Assembly (NCBI RefSeq): GCF_036588685.1
Contig: NC_086378.1
Coordinates: 33,046,001 to 33,110,000 of the forward strand
DNA length: 64,000 nt
DNA from: Mytilus trossulus
Lineage: Eukaryota
Direction: 5' to 3'
How positions within the stretch are numbered: the stretch's first letter is position 1; each line of letters opens with the position of its first letter. A program made the translations under genes and the position numbers. The notes beneath the pieces are model-generated. The model saw only the letters and a program-made list of their open reading frames with translations. It was not told the origin of the DNA and made no database searches. Shown here one piece after another: positions 13,401-23,335 of the stretch.

Positions 13401-16400
13401 GTATTGGGTAAAACTTCTGAAGGTGAATAATAATCAAAACATATTGATTTACATTAATTTCTCTTCAGTTGTTTATGCGCATGTATCTCATGGCCTTTAT
13501 ATTGATTTTGTACAAATCTTCTACCTTTTAATTTAAATTAAATCAGGGGTGTCTAAGAAAATCATTAGTTACAGTCTTACATATATATTATTGTATACAT
13601 TCTTGTTTGTTTTAAGCGTGCAAATTAAAACAAAATAGACATTTTTTTTTTTATCTTTTACAGAAAGGTTTTGGCTACCATTTAGATTTGACAGTAGCAA
13701 CGATATGCATTGTGGTGTGTTCTTTATTCGGTCTCCCTTGGCAAGTTGCTGCCACAGTTCCATCAATCGCACATGTGAAAAGTCTCAAAATCAAATCCAA
13801 GTGTACGGCAGTGGGTGAGAAACAAGTTGTAGTTGGTTGTAGGTGTGTACATATACATCTATACATATATTATACAAGCAAAAAAACATGAACTATGTAT
13901 TACTGTTCAATGAAACATACTTAAACACAAACAAAAAAAAAATCATAATTTCTTCGCGTAATATTTTTGATAGAAGATTCACTCTAGTACATTTACTTAT
14001 TCTCATGATATATGCATTACCTATACATTTGCGTTCATTTAATTTTGCTTTATTTGAAAAAATAAATAAGGTATCTTCACTTTAATACTTTCTTTGACTT
14101 TTTCATTTCATTATTTGAGTATCACTGATGAGCATCCGAGTCATGCTGGTCTCGTGTACAAAATCTTAAGGGTGTACTTGTGTGATCTAAGGTAAAAATT
14201 AAATAAATCAAGATTGCAAAATTGATACTTTAAGCTGGAAGAGTATTAGTTAAGGATCAAAATAATCTAAAAATATTGATAGGTCATGCAGCTCCTTTTC
14301 GAGATATTTGATTAAGGCTGACTCGGACTTTTACGTTATATTTGCGTTGGTTTTATTTGGGTCTCAAATCACAAGAAAGAAAATCAAGAATCTGATAAAA
14401 TTTTGTAAAATGACCTTTTATGAGCTATTAAGTCTTATGTTAAAGGATAAATATGTGTTATGGGCAACATATCTTACCCTGCATTGTATGGAATAAAACC
14501 AAGGACTCCGAACATTTGACACTTATTTCAAAACCCCACCTTAGTACATCCTTAATACATTTATCTTTTATTAGCTTATTTACAGTGTATATGAGCTCCG
14601 ATTGAAACGGAGGTAGCTTATTATTATATTTAATTCACTAAATTTGTTTGTAATTCATTTTTGGATTTGGCAGTTGAAATGTTGCGTAGCTGATTATAAG
14701 GATCTCATAAATAAACTAATCATAGATTCCAGGACTAAAATTTTACACTTACGTCAGAAGCGCGTTTCGAATACAAAAAACTCATCAGTGAAGATCGAAT
14801 AAAAAAAAAAATAAAATGCCAAATAAATTACGAAGTTGAAAGACATTGGGGACCCAAAATTCCTAAACGTTTTGCCAAATACAGCTAAGGTTATCTATTC
14901 ACGAGGTAGAAAAGCCTTAGTATTTAAAACATTCAAAGTCTTATTAACAGTTAATTTGTCAATATAAACATGTCCATTGATAATTCAAGTCAACACAGAA
15001 ACACAAAGTTGCTTCATAACATATAGAAAATATTATTGTTGAAAAATAATAATATTTTTTTTTATCCATAATACAGTCATATGTTAAATATGGGTACTCT
15101 ACGAGTATTTAAGAATATGATAGTTTTGATCCCACTTTGAATTTACGAAAACTTGATTAATAGCTTTTTTATGTAGACAAATCAAATGTGCAAAGAATAG
15201 TGTACCCTACCTAATATGCTATTTTGAAAGATAATGGGTCCAACTTTACCATTCGTGTATTTTTTTTTTATCCTTTTGACCTTAGGTTGTTTCTTTCATC
15301 AGCGAAATTTTGCAAAAAAAAGGATGATTTCTTTAAATGAAATGGAGAATGGAAATTGGAAATATGACAAGATCTAACCCGATCAAAGAGCAGAAAAATG
15401 CCAACAATTGGTCTTCAATGCAGCCGCACACGGAAGTTGGCCTCATTGGACCCCTAAATATATATGCGTACCAGTTCAGTGAGAATGGACGTCACTCTTA
15501 ACTTCGAAACATACAAATGACCTAAAATAAAATAGGAAGTCATGACTAACAAAGGTCATAGACTCTTGACTTGGGATAGGCGCAAAAGGGGGGTTAAACA
15601 AGTTTTGTCAGATCTAAACCCCTGTACCTATACATCAAATCAATATAGACTAGACTAGCACACATTATACACACGTAAAACTCATTTTAAAAGAAGTCTA
15701 CGTCTAATGTCAGAACAAGTAACAAAAGAAACTAAGCAAAATGGCGATGATACATAAATCAACAAAAAACAACTATATAAGTTACTTCAACATTTTGTCT
15801 TGTTAAAACAGCTTATCGGCCATCTAATCAAAACAGTTTAAAAAAAAAAAAAAGATAATATTTTTTTTCAAATAAGACCTTAATTACTTTTAGAGTGTTA
15901 AATATTTGTTGGAAGTACTTGATAAATAGCATGTTTATATTGGTGATTTTGAATCTGTTCCAAGTTTTGATTTTTTTACCATGTTGTCTCATATTCGTTT
16001 TAAGAAAATTTCACACAAACCGTTCATCGTCAAGTTATCGGAATTTCAATGGGAACTAACTGTGCACCACATATTGCAAAACCTGTTTCTGTATTGTTAT
16101 TAGTAACATTTTATGACTAAAATCAACAAAGACTCGTCAAATTACATCTGTTAGTAATTAACAATACTTTTAGACATTTGGATGATATATTTGCTCTCAA
16201 TAATGACAACTTTAGTATGTATACTAAAGAGATGTATCATGTTGAACTAACATAAAAATAAAGCTAATATAAACGGTGACCACTGCCTTTTCCTGGATCT
16301 TAATATCTAAATCATTAAAGGGAAGCTTAAAACAGATGATTTTTTCATATCCTATTGTTAATCATCCGTTTTCAGATGGTGACTTTCCCTTATCATCATT

Positions 16401-19400
16401 TTATGGTGTTTGAAAATCTTAACTTGTCCGATTCGCTCGTGTAAAGAACAACGTATAAGATTTTAGCGAAAGAATCTATGTATTACTGAAAAAAATTGTT
16501 ACACCAGGGTTTTCGATTTTAGAAACTTGTCAAAATATTTACTGAATTTTATCCTAGTTATAAGGACGTTATTCGTAAATATAAATCAACATTCAGGCAT
16601 CTTATACGTGCAGGCATTTCACATCCAGTCTTTAATGGTAATATTCACTTCATAGCACAAAATATGTCGGCATTCACCTCAAAAGCTAACAAAACCTTTT
16701 GACTTATTACGAAAGGCCATAATAGATGGCATATTTTGGATTAAATATTGATTCACTTATGGGGTCTTTGCATTGGAAATACACACATGCCTTCAAAAAA
16801 AGTGTTGGCATGCCACGGGTTTATGTTCTTTTCGTATGATTTATGATGGCAAGTTACTAAATCCCTAACGAGAGGGATTGTGCTTGATATTCATATGATG
16901 AAGATAAAATCTTGTAATCAAAATAAATGAGGTTTGGAGTTGTCATTTCTGTAACTGCTAGTAGACTTTTCTTAATTTATGTATAAGTGTCCTTCCTTAA
17001 TTTATGCATAATTGGCCTTTTGGATTTATGTTTAATTGTCATTTAGTTTAGTCTCTTTTGTTACCTATTCTAAAATTGGACATGGATTCCTTTTAAACCG
17101 AGTTTAACTGTGCGTATTGTTATTTGCCTGTTTATTCTACGTTGGCTAGAGGTAGAAGAGGAGGGTTGAGATTTCAAAAATCATGTTTAACCCCGCCTGT
17201 CCTAAGTCAAATGCCTCTGGCCTTTGTTAGTCTTGTATGATTAGTTCTGTTTCTTTAAGATAATTCGGACTTTATATGACGTCCATTATCACTAAACTAG
17301 TACATATTTTTGTTTTGGGACAAGCTGAAGCACCCCTGGGTGCGGTGTTGTCTCACTGCATTAAAGACCCATTCATGTCTTCTGCGTTTTACTGCTCTTT
17401 GGGCGGTTTTTTGTCTCTTTGAGACATTCCCCATTTCTATCCTTAGTTGTATTTATAATATACTGAATTTGTATTTGCATATATTGATTAAACTTTATTC
17501 TTACAATGTTTGATAGCACTTTTAAGCATTCTTCAGTCACAAACTCTCACTGTATCAATTAGTTAGTAAAAAAAATTACATTGTTTTAGGGAACAACGTC
17601 TTACTCTTCTGATTATCGGAATCCTAAACGGGTGTTCTTTCTTTATGTGGCCAATCTTAACGGTATGTAATGGAGTAATACGTAATTTGTTTTAAAAATA
17701 CGATTGATTGAATGTGTGTTGCTTAACGTGCTACAAATCCGAGGCAAAAGCGAGTTTATTATGTATTGATAAAGAACATATTGAGACATAAGAAAATGCC
17801 TGTACCAAGTCAGGAACATCATGCCATTTTAATTACAGACTTTCCGTGTTGAATTTCTATCCTAGTTTTGTATTTTTGTTGTTTTGCTCTTTGATAACAA
17901 TACGACAACCACACACACGCACATTAATAGTATGCATTACATTGAGAAGTCATTGTACGGTTTTCAACAAACAATACGTTTCTTTTCGTCATGATAATCT
18001 TAATTCCTCTCATCTTGACAAACTTATTTTGTGTATTATCGTGTTTTTAATCAATAGATTGTAAAATAAATTGTAAAATAAAGTGTCATTGTACACGTAT
18101 TTATATATCAACATTGAATTAGATTTGATACATCTAAAAAAATCTAATAGTTACGTTATATACTAGTATGTAGAAATCACATCCATGGCGGATTCAAGAT
18201 ATAAGGCAAATTCCTAATCTGTGGTAAATATGATGTCACGCATCCCAATTTTTTGGCAGATTGTTTCTAAATCCAAAGGAGTAGGTTCAGTAAGACCCCT
18301 TTTTGGCCCCAATATATAGCAGTTTTACAAAATTGTTAAAATGTACATTTTTAGTTATTTATTGAACAGTAAAATGCTTCTGCTACACATATATGGGCTG
18401 TTTTTGACGATAAAATGCACATATATTGGGTACTAGCACCACTAGGTCATGCTAAATTACTGAAATCTTCATGATTCTAGCATATTAGTTAAATTTTAGA
18501 CAGTTTTCGTGTAAAACGAAATTGCCCGCATTCGTGTTCATCCTTAATATTAAAATGTAAGTTGTATTTTATGATAATACATAACATATATAAAGGTTGA
18601 GGATGAACACGGATGCGGCCACTTTCATTTTTGACAAAAACGTCCGAAAAGTGACATTATTCGGCATATTTGGTAGATTTTTCATATTTCAGCTGGAATC
18701 GGTACGTTTTTAAGGACTAAATCGGTGAAAATCTTTCACATAAACTAATTGATTCAAATAAAGTAGACACTTAAGTGTTTAAAAAGTGGTCAAAATCTTT
18801 AATCAGATGAACCAGAAATTTGAGGCCAAAATCGGCCCTTACCGGACCTACTCCTTTATGGCAAAAGTACATACAGAGGAGCATATCCATAACTATTTAT
18901 GAAATGGATATCCCATAGCGGCCTACCAAAACCAATAACAACATTTTATCATTTAAATCCAATTATATTTACATTGACCTTCTCGAGCGCTGTCATATTA
19001 ACTATTTTGTTCCTTTTCTATAAAAAGCTGTGCCTTTATTGATCAAGGCATTATGATAGGCAGCATGAATAAAAAGCTGTGCCTTTATTGATCGGGATAA
19101 GATATCACCTATTCCTGTAAGCCATCAAAAGGGGAAACGGGAAGTGTTATCCTGTGCATTTGTTTGTAATACGTTGCGAGCTCCTGCATTTTAGCGTTAT
19201 TTGTTGATTAATTTCTTGTTTCAGCTCATTCCCGTGTCTGTTATGTATGGTGTATTTCTATATATGGGAGTATCAGCTCTGCAAGGAATGCAGGTAACTA
19301 GATATAGGGAGATGTGGAATTAGTGCCAATGAGATAACTCTCCAACCAAGTAACAATTTATAAAATAAACCAGTATAGGACTGGTCGAGGTAGGGCATTC

Positions 19401-22319
19401 AACACGAAACATTGGCTCACACAGAACAGTTAGCTTTAAAGGGCCCCAAAATTACTAGTGTAAACCCATTTAAACGGGAAAACCAACGGTCTTATTTATG
19501 AGCCATTTACTTATACTATGTTACATATTGAAAGTAGTTCAGCTTTCTAAGGTTTTGATTATTATTAGAATTATTAGTTATCAAAGGTACCAGGATTATA
19601 ATTTAGAACGCCAGACGCGCGTTTCGTCTACATAAGACTTCAATTTGAATTCATTTCTTTAATAAAGTATTCCTAAGAATTGAAACCAAAGCTTGCGTAT
19701 TAGATTTTCATTAATTCATTTCCTTTCCATTTGTAGCTTTTTTTTTGTTTCATAATTATATGATATACAATGTGTTATAATTGTTCCAACAATGATAGAA
19801 ATCAGTGTTTAAGGTTTATGAACCCTTCTGTAGCCATTTTTGTACGAATGTTTCAACCTTCAATTGTATCAAAACTACAGATATAATGAATAATAGAGAT
19901 AGGTTATTTAGTACGTGTACCAAGGGGAAACTTGATTGAAAGCATTATTATTTACTGTTTCATTGCATTTACTAGAAAAAGAGTTTGTGGCAAATAAATC
20001 AAGACTTTTATAGAAAATGCACAGCCTTTAATACAGAGATTTTCGTTATAAGATTTGAAACATAGATTACTCACTTGCTTTTCTATGATGTGCTTGTGGT
20101 CATTTTCTAACAAATCTGTTAATTTCAAAATACCTTGTGCTGAGTCACTAAAGTCGAGCGCACTCTAAAAGGGGTACTTGATTTGGTCAATATTTTTATT
20201 TGTTTTAACCAATAACTACATTAATAAACTTGTTTTTAGTAAATCAATGCTAGCACTACATGCAATAATCCTATAACTATCAGTAATCAAATTGCGTAAT
20301 GTGAGAGTATAAGGATAAAGGCTGTGGATTTTCTATAAAATTTCCATATGTTTAGCATTGAATCAACAGAAGGGTAAATAATCCTTAAATCAATAAAAGA
20401 TATGTGAACCTTTAAAGCTGGAAAGTTTACTTGATTTATTTTCGCTTATTACCGCGATTGAACAATAATAATGTGAAATGAAGAATCACGGGCAATGAAA
20501 TAAAATCATCGACTGTGTCTTTCACTACAACTCGAGACATATTGATTGTTATCAAAGGTACCAGGATTATAATTTAATACGCCAGATGCGCGTTTCGTCT
20601 ACATAAGACTCATCAGTGACGCTCATATCAAAATATCTAAAAAGCCAAACAAGTACAAATGTGAAGAGCACTAAATATTTAAAGTTCCAAAAAGTTGTGC
20701 CAAATACGGCTAAGGTAATCCATCCTGGGATAAGAAAATCCTTAATTTTTTCGAAAAATTCAAAATTTTGTTTACAGGAAATTTATAAAAGTGATCACAT
20801 TCTTGATATTCATGTCAACACCGAAGTGTTGACTACTGGGCCGGTGATAACATAGGGGACGAAACGTCAACCAGCAGGTTTATGACGTATTGGATGACGT
20901 CAGCATGGTAACAGTTTAGAATCTAGAGTACTTTTAAAAGACATCTTATTATATCAATACAAACTCCGAAATAATCGGAACTATTCGGCTTTTCTCATCA
21001 CTTGGCGTCCGTCGTCCGTCGTCCATCGTCCTGCGTCCGTAAACTTTTACAAAAAATCTTCTCCTTTGAAACTACTGGGCCAAATTTAACCAAACTTGGC
21101 CACAATCATACTTGGGGTATTTACTTTAAATAATGTGCCCGATGACCTGGCGAACCAACCAAGATGGCCACCAAAATACAATAAATGGGTAAAATGTAGA
21201 TTTTTGATTATATCTCAGAAACCAAAGCATTGAGAGCAAATCTGATATGTATAAAATTGTTTATCGGGTCAACATTTTTCTGCCCTGAAATTTTCAGATG
21301 AATCAGACAACCTGTTGTTAGGCTTCTGCCCCTGAATTGATCCTTTTAAGGAAATTTTGCCGCTTTCGGTTATTATATTGAATATTATTAAAATATAGAG
21401 ATAAACTGTAAACAGTCATTATGTTCAGCAAAGTAAGATCTACAAATAAATCAACATGCTCAAAAGTGTCAGTTTATCCCTTAAGGAGTTATTGCCCTTT
21501 ATCATCAATTTTTACAAATTGGTATAACCAAAATGGTCGATTGACCCATTAAGGAGTTATTGCCCTTTGTAGTCAATTTTTAACAATTTCCACAAATTTT
21601 GTAGATTTTTACAAAATATTTTCCACTGTAATTCTTAGCCAAGTTCATCAAAGGTAGAGATAATAGTCAGCAGAACGAATTTTCAATAAAGTATAATCTC
21701 CAAAACATCACCATCCCCAAAACACAATGTTGTCATGAATCCATCTGTGTCCTTTGTTTAACATCCGCATAGACAAAGGTGAGCGACACATGCTCTTTAA
21801 AACCTCTAGTTCTACTTCTCTTTTCTTGTTTGATCTTACTCTTCAAAAATTTACATGCAGAAATATAGTATCTAAAGGTTTCATGATCAATAATTAACAA
21901 AAATTATTTTACAGTTCATAAAGCGCATTATGATCATGTTTATGCCAGCTAAAGACAGACCAGACAGTATGATGCTTCGCCATGTGAAGATCATTCGAGT
22001 TCACCTGTTTACATGTTTGCAAATTGTATGTTTTGGAATTCTGTTTGTTATACCAATGGTCTATACTACCGATAGTCTTACTAGATTCAAAAGCCTTGAT
22101 CAGGCTCAAAGAATTTTCACGTACAAATGGTTGATTCACTTTTTCCCTGTAATGGTACTATGTTCATGTTTTGCAAGGAAGGGGATGGAGATATTTTTTA
22201 GAATGGACGAACTAAGATGGCTTGACAACCAGAACTCAGAAGAAGAAATGATAAAACAGGAAGACTCTGGAGATGACGTAAGATTTTTTGACTTCATTTC
22301 TTTAATAAAGTATTCCTAA
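1371..22319 (+). CDS. SLC4: SLC4-family (Na+-coupled bicarbonate transporter-like) anion transporter, 5'-partial; join(1371-1456,1774-2019,2559-2705,3614-3684,6112-6286,7994-8127,8543-9071,10547-10660,11153-11317,13664-13842,17590-17662,19225-19293,21915-22319)
   Basis: All introns are GT..AG with matching phases and there is no internal stop. SLC4 motifs in order: LPTRFIF, VAYKAK..FLDQLTV..PG..IEPP, TGRFFGGLINDVKRK, GGQPL, VRYITRFTQE, TPKL, NPWW, DQHIT..INRKENKLKKGFGYHLDL, GLPW.VAATV, REQR, IPVSVMYGVFLYMGV, FMPAK, HLFT, FPVM, ELRWLD. Asp (not Glu) in TM8 and a long Cys-containing EL3 point to the NBC/NDCBE branch. Confidence 0.93.
1774..2019 (+). CDS. SLC4: SLC4 exon, cytoplasmic band-3 domain
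   Basis: tttttacag acceptor, gtgag donor; KFPNGAEVANVWTGE..AFIRL..LPTRFIFL..EIGGAISNMMVDK. Confidence 0.92.
2559..2705 (+). CDS. SLC4: SLC4 exon, cytoplasmic domain end
   Basis: cag/gtttgt; IFSEVAYKAKSRKDIIHGFEEFLDQLTVISPGQSDDDICIEPPTTLPLQ. Confidence 0.92.
3340..3575 (+). mobile_element. tRNA-derived SINE fragment
   Basis: Pol III B-box-like GGTTtGAATCC at 3390-3400, A-rich tail. Confidence 0.55.
3614..3684 (+). CDS. SLC4: SLC4 exon, interdomain linker
   Basis: cag/gtatgt; ERRKLPSKDEYNTQIDDTLVKTG(R); phase 2 end matches the next exon. Confidence 0.88.
5677..6092 (+). mobile_element. Helentron-associated non-autonomous element (HINE/pearl-like)
   Basis: T-run + ATGCCCC..GGGGCAT stem, (CGTC)n-like microsatellite, internal repeated core, subterminal GGGCAT and short 3' palindrome. 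Confidence 0.7.
6112..6286 (+). CDS. SLC4: SLC4 exon, TM1
   Basis: tttttgtag/gtattt; FFGGLINDVKRKISFYTSDFKDG..YMYLATLTLNISYGSVM. Confidence 0.92.
6577..6998. mobile_element. Long-TIR (foldback-like) MITE
   Basis: CACAGCTACTTTTGCATA...TATGCAAAAGTAGCTGTG, ~150-bp imperfect arms, TA on both sides. Confidence 0.85.
7039..7313. mobile_element. Kolobok-type MITE
   Basis: TTAA on both sides; TIR GGTGGTACCTAA(g/c)AC. Confidence 0.85.
7994..8127 (+). CDS. SLC4: SLC4 exon, TM2-TM3
   Basis: cacag/gtaagt; GTTECLLAAAFVNIAFALFGGQPLVIMGVSFQLFTIEISMFRLC. Confidence 0.92.
8543..9071 (+). CDS. SLC4: SLC4 exon, TM4-TM5-EL3-TM6
   Basis: tttttcag/gtaagt; WDYLSFRCMIGLW..VRYITRFTQEIF..CTCTC..GTFIIAWKLVEIKKSRLFPTV. 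Confidence 0.93.
9430..10275 (+). mobile_element. Helentron-like element
   Basis: Subterminal inverted repeat tcttccgccaa/ttggtggaaaga, 3' hairpin caattg..caattg, internal repeats rich in aggtcaaggtca. Confidence 0.55.
10547..10660 (+). CDS. SLC4: SLC4 exon, TM7
   Basis: tag/gtttgt; VRHTIGDLSVFIATFTMVLVDALLGEPTPKLTLPHKIQ. Confidence 0.9.
11153..11317 (+). CDS. SLC4: SLC4 exon, TM8
   Basis: aag acceptor (weak)/gttaga; LSYPGREWFVRPYSPSNPWW..IFVDQHITVVIINRKENKLK. Confidence 0.88.
12158..12279. repeat. 122-bp hairpin (51-bp arms) at the end of a ~300-bp element (~11990-12296)
   Basis: tattgtattttaagc..ggtcgcaaa / tttgcgacc..gcttaaaatacaata, 2 mismatches. Confidence 0.85.
13664..13842 (+). CDS. 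SLC4: SLC4 exon, TM9-TM10
   Basis: ttttacag/gtgtgt; KGFGYHLDL..GLPWQVAATVPSIAHVKSL..GEKQVVVGC(R). Confidence 0.93.
14170..14551. mobile_element. Kolobok-type MITE
   Basis: TTAA on both sides; short TIR GG(g/a)TGTACT. Confidence 0.65.
15335..15780 (-). mobile_element. Inverted copy of the Penelope-like terminal repeat
   Basis: Reverse complement resembles ~16960-17450 (gactaacaaagg/cctttgttagtc, ttgacttgggatagg, ggggttaaaca); another fragment at ~3150-3335. Confidence 0.7.
15790..17450 (+). mobile_element. 5'-truncated, decayed Penelope-like retroelement (RT remnant + 3' terminal repeat)
   Basis: RQVIGISMGTNCAP..LFLYCY (~16028-16100), NNTFRHLDDIFALNN (~16160-16205), FLDLNI, PIVN.PF.DGD.P..YGV..LVRFARV, QGFRF.KLVK.F. 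Confidence 0.85.
17590..17662 (+). CDS. SLC4: SLC4 exon, TM11
   Basis: ttttag/gtatgt; (R)EQRLTLLIIGILNGCSFFMWPILT. Confidence 0.9.
18278..18854. mobile_element. TIR MITE, probably Kolobok-type; the right end of a second copy is at 1-16
   Basis: GGAGTAGGTtCaGTAAG ... CTTACCGGACCTACTCC; flanks caaa/ttta (imperfect TSD); identical right end ttaccggacctactcc at the window start. Confidence 0.75.
19020..19093 (+). repeat. 25-bp direct repeat with 24-bp spacer
   Basis: ataaaaagctgtgcctttattgatc twice. Confidence 0.85.
19225..19293 (+). CDS. SLC4: SLC4 exon, TM12
   Basis: tttcag/gtaact; LIPVSVMYGVFLYMGVSALQGMQ. Confidence 0.93.
19633..20780 (+). repeat. Intronic direct duplicate of 22279-23975
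   Basis: High-identity colinear match (e.g. ttcatttctttaataaagtattcctaagaattgaaaccaaagcttgcgtatta at 19650 and 22293); the downstream copy carries the extra Kolobok MITE. Confidence 0.92.
20548..20877 (-). mobile_element. Retrozyme-like repeat, most complete copy; others at ~17-126, 10909-11078, 14709-15000, 19576-19639, 23737-24000, 26870-26898, 45495-45590
   Basis: Shared aaaggtaccaggattataattt..acgccagacgcgcgtttcgtctacataagactcatcag..gttgaagagcattgaggaccc..aatacggctaaggtaatc. Confidence 0.8.
20579..20622 (-). ncRNA. Type I hammerhead ribozyme motif (stem I intact, cleavage triplet AUC)
   Basis: gcguca-CUGAUGA-GUCU uaugu AGAC-GAAA-C gcgc AUC-uggcgu. Confidence 0.75.
20985..21811 (+). mobile_element. 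Helentron-associated element (5'-truncated)
   Basis: (CGTC/CGTCGTC)n microsatellite, repeated ggagttattgcccttt cores, 3' end aggtgagcgacac..ctctagtt. Confidence 0.7.
21915..22319 (+). CDS. SLC4: SLC4 exon, TM13-TM14 and C-tail (last recognisable exon; may instead splice out at 22277)
   Basis: ttttacag acceptor; FIKRIMIMFMPAKDRPD..LRHV..HLFTCLQ..FPVM..ELRWLD; in-frame TAA at 22317-22319, but a gtaaga donor-like site starts at 22278. Confidence 0.85.
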   Translation, partial: FIKRIMIMFMPAKDRPDSMMLRHVKIIRVHLFTCLQIVCFGILFVIPMVYTTDSLTRFKSLDQAQRIFTYKWLIHFFPVMVLCSCFARKGMEIFFRMDELRWLDNQNSEEEMIKQEDSGDDVRFFDFISLIKYS

Positions 22320-22714
22320 GAATTGAAACCAAAGCTTGCGTATTAAATTTTCATTGATTTATTTTCTTTCCATTTGTCGCTTTTTTTGGTTTCATAATTA
22401 TATTATATACAATGTGTTATATTGTTCTAACAATGATAGAAATCAGTGTTTAAGGTTTATGACCCCTTCTGAAACCATTTTTGTACGAATTTTTCAAACT
22501 TCAATTGTATCAAAACTACAGATATAATGAATAATAGAGATAGGTTATTTAGTACATGTACCAAGGGGAAACTTGATTGAAAGCATAATTATTTACTGTT
22601 ATAAAATTTGAAACATAGATTACTCACTTTCTTTTCTATGATGTGCTAGTGGTAATTTTCTACAAAATGTTCCAACAAATCAGTAATCTAAATACCTTGT
22701 GCTGAGTTACTTAA

Positions 22715-23335
22715 GGGCATACGATACAGTTTTGATCCTTTATTTACAAGTTCATGAAAATTTGCATATAGGCTATTTTTTACCTGATTAAATCAAATAT
22801 GTAAAAAAAAATGTACCTTCATGTGCTACTTTTTGAGTAAAATGAGGTCGAAATTTTGTATATTTGCTCAAAATTCAGATTTGTGGCCGTAATTTCTTTT
22901 TCGAAAGAAAGACATAACTTTTTTGTTATAAAAGATAAACACAAATTTTTTTTTGTTAAATAATCGGTAATTTTTGTATTTTATAAATATTTAAAAAAAA
23001 TATGCAATTTTTTAGGCAGAAATAACTCATATTCATCAAATGTTCATGAATTGAGGAAAAAAGCGTCATTTTTTACTGCATGTTTATCAGAATTAAAAAA
23101 AATCCTCTATTTACAGTTTTATAAAATTTGGGTGACATAATCTCCCTGCAAAATGAAACAAAATGCCGTTTTGAAAAATAGGGGTCCATGAACTCGTTTT
23201 CAAATTAAATCAGTTTGAATGATAAAAATCAGTCGAAAAATGCATCTTTTCCTGATATGTCACAGTTTGACGTCGCGAAAATAACAAATTACGTTAGCAA
23301 CGTCATTACCTTCCCTGTAACTGTATCGTATGCCC
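22715..23335. mobile_element. Kolobok-type MITE
   Basis: TTAA on both sides, perfect 17-bp TIR GGGCATACGATACAGTT; paralogous empty site at ~20149-20152. Confidence 0.9.

Noticed and set aside
22715-23335. piggyBac assignment for the TTAA-flanked MITEs
   Set aside because: Termini are GG..CC rather than CC..GG, which fits Kolobok.
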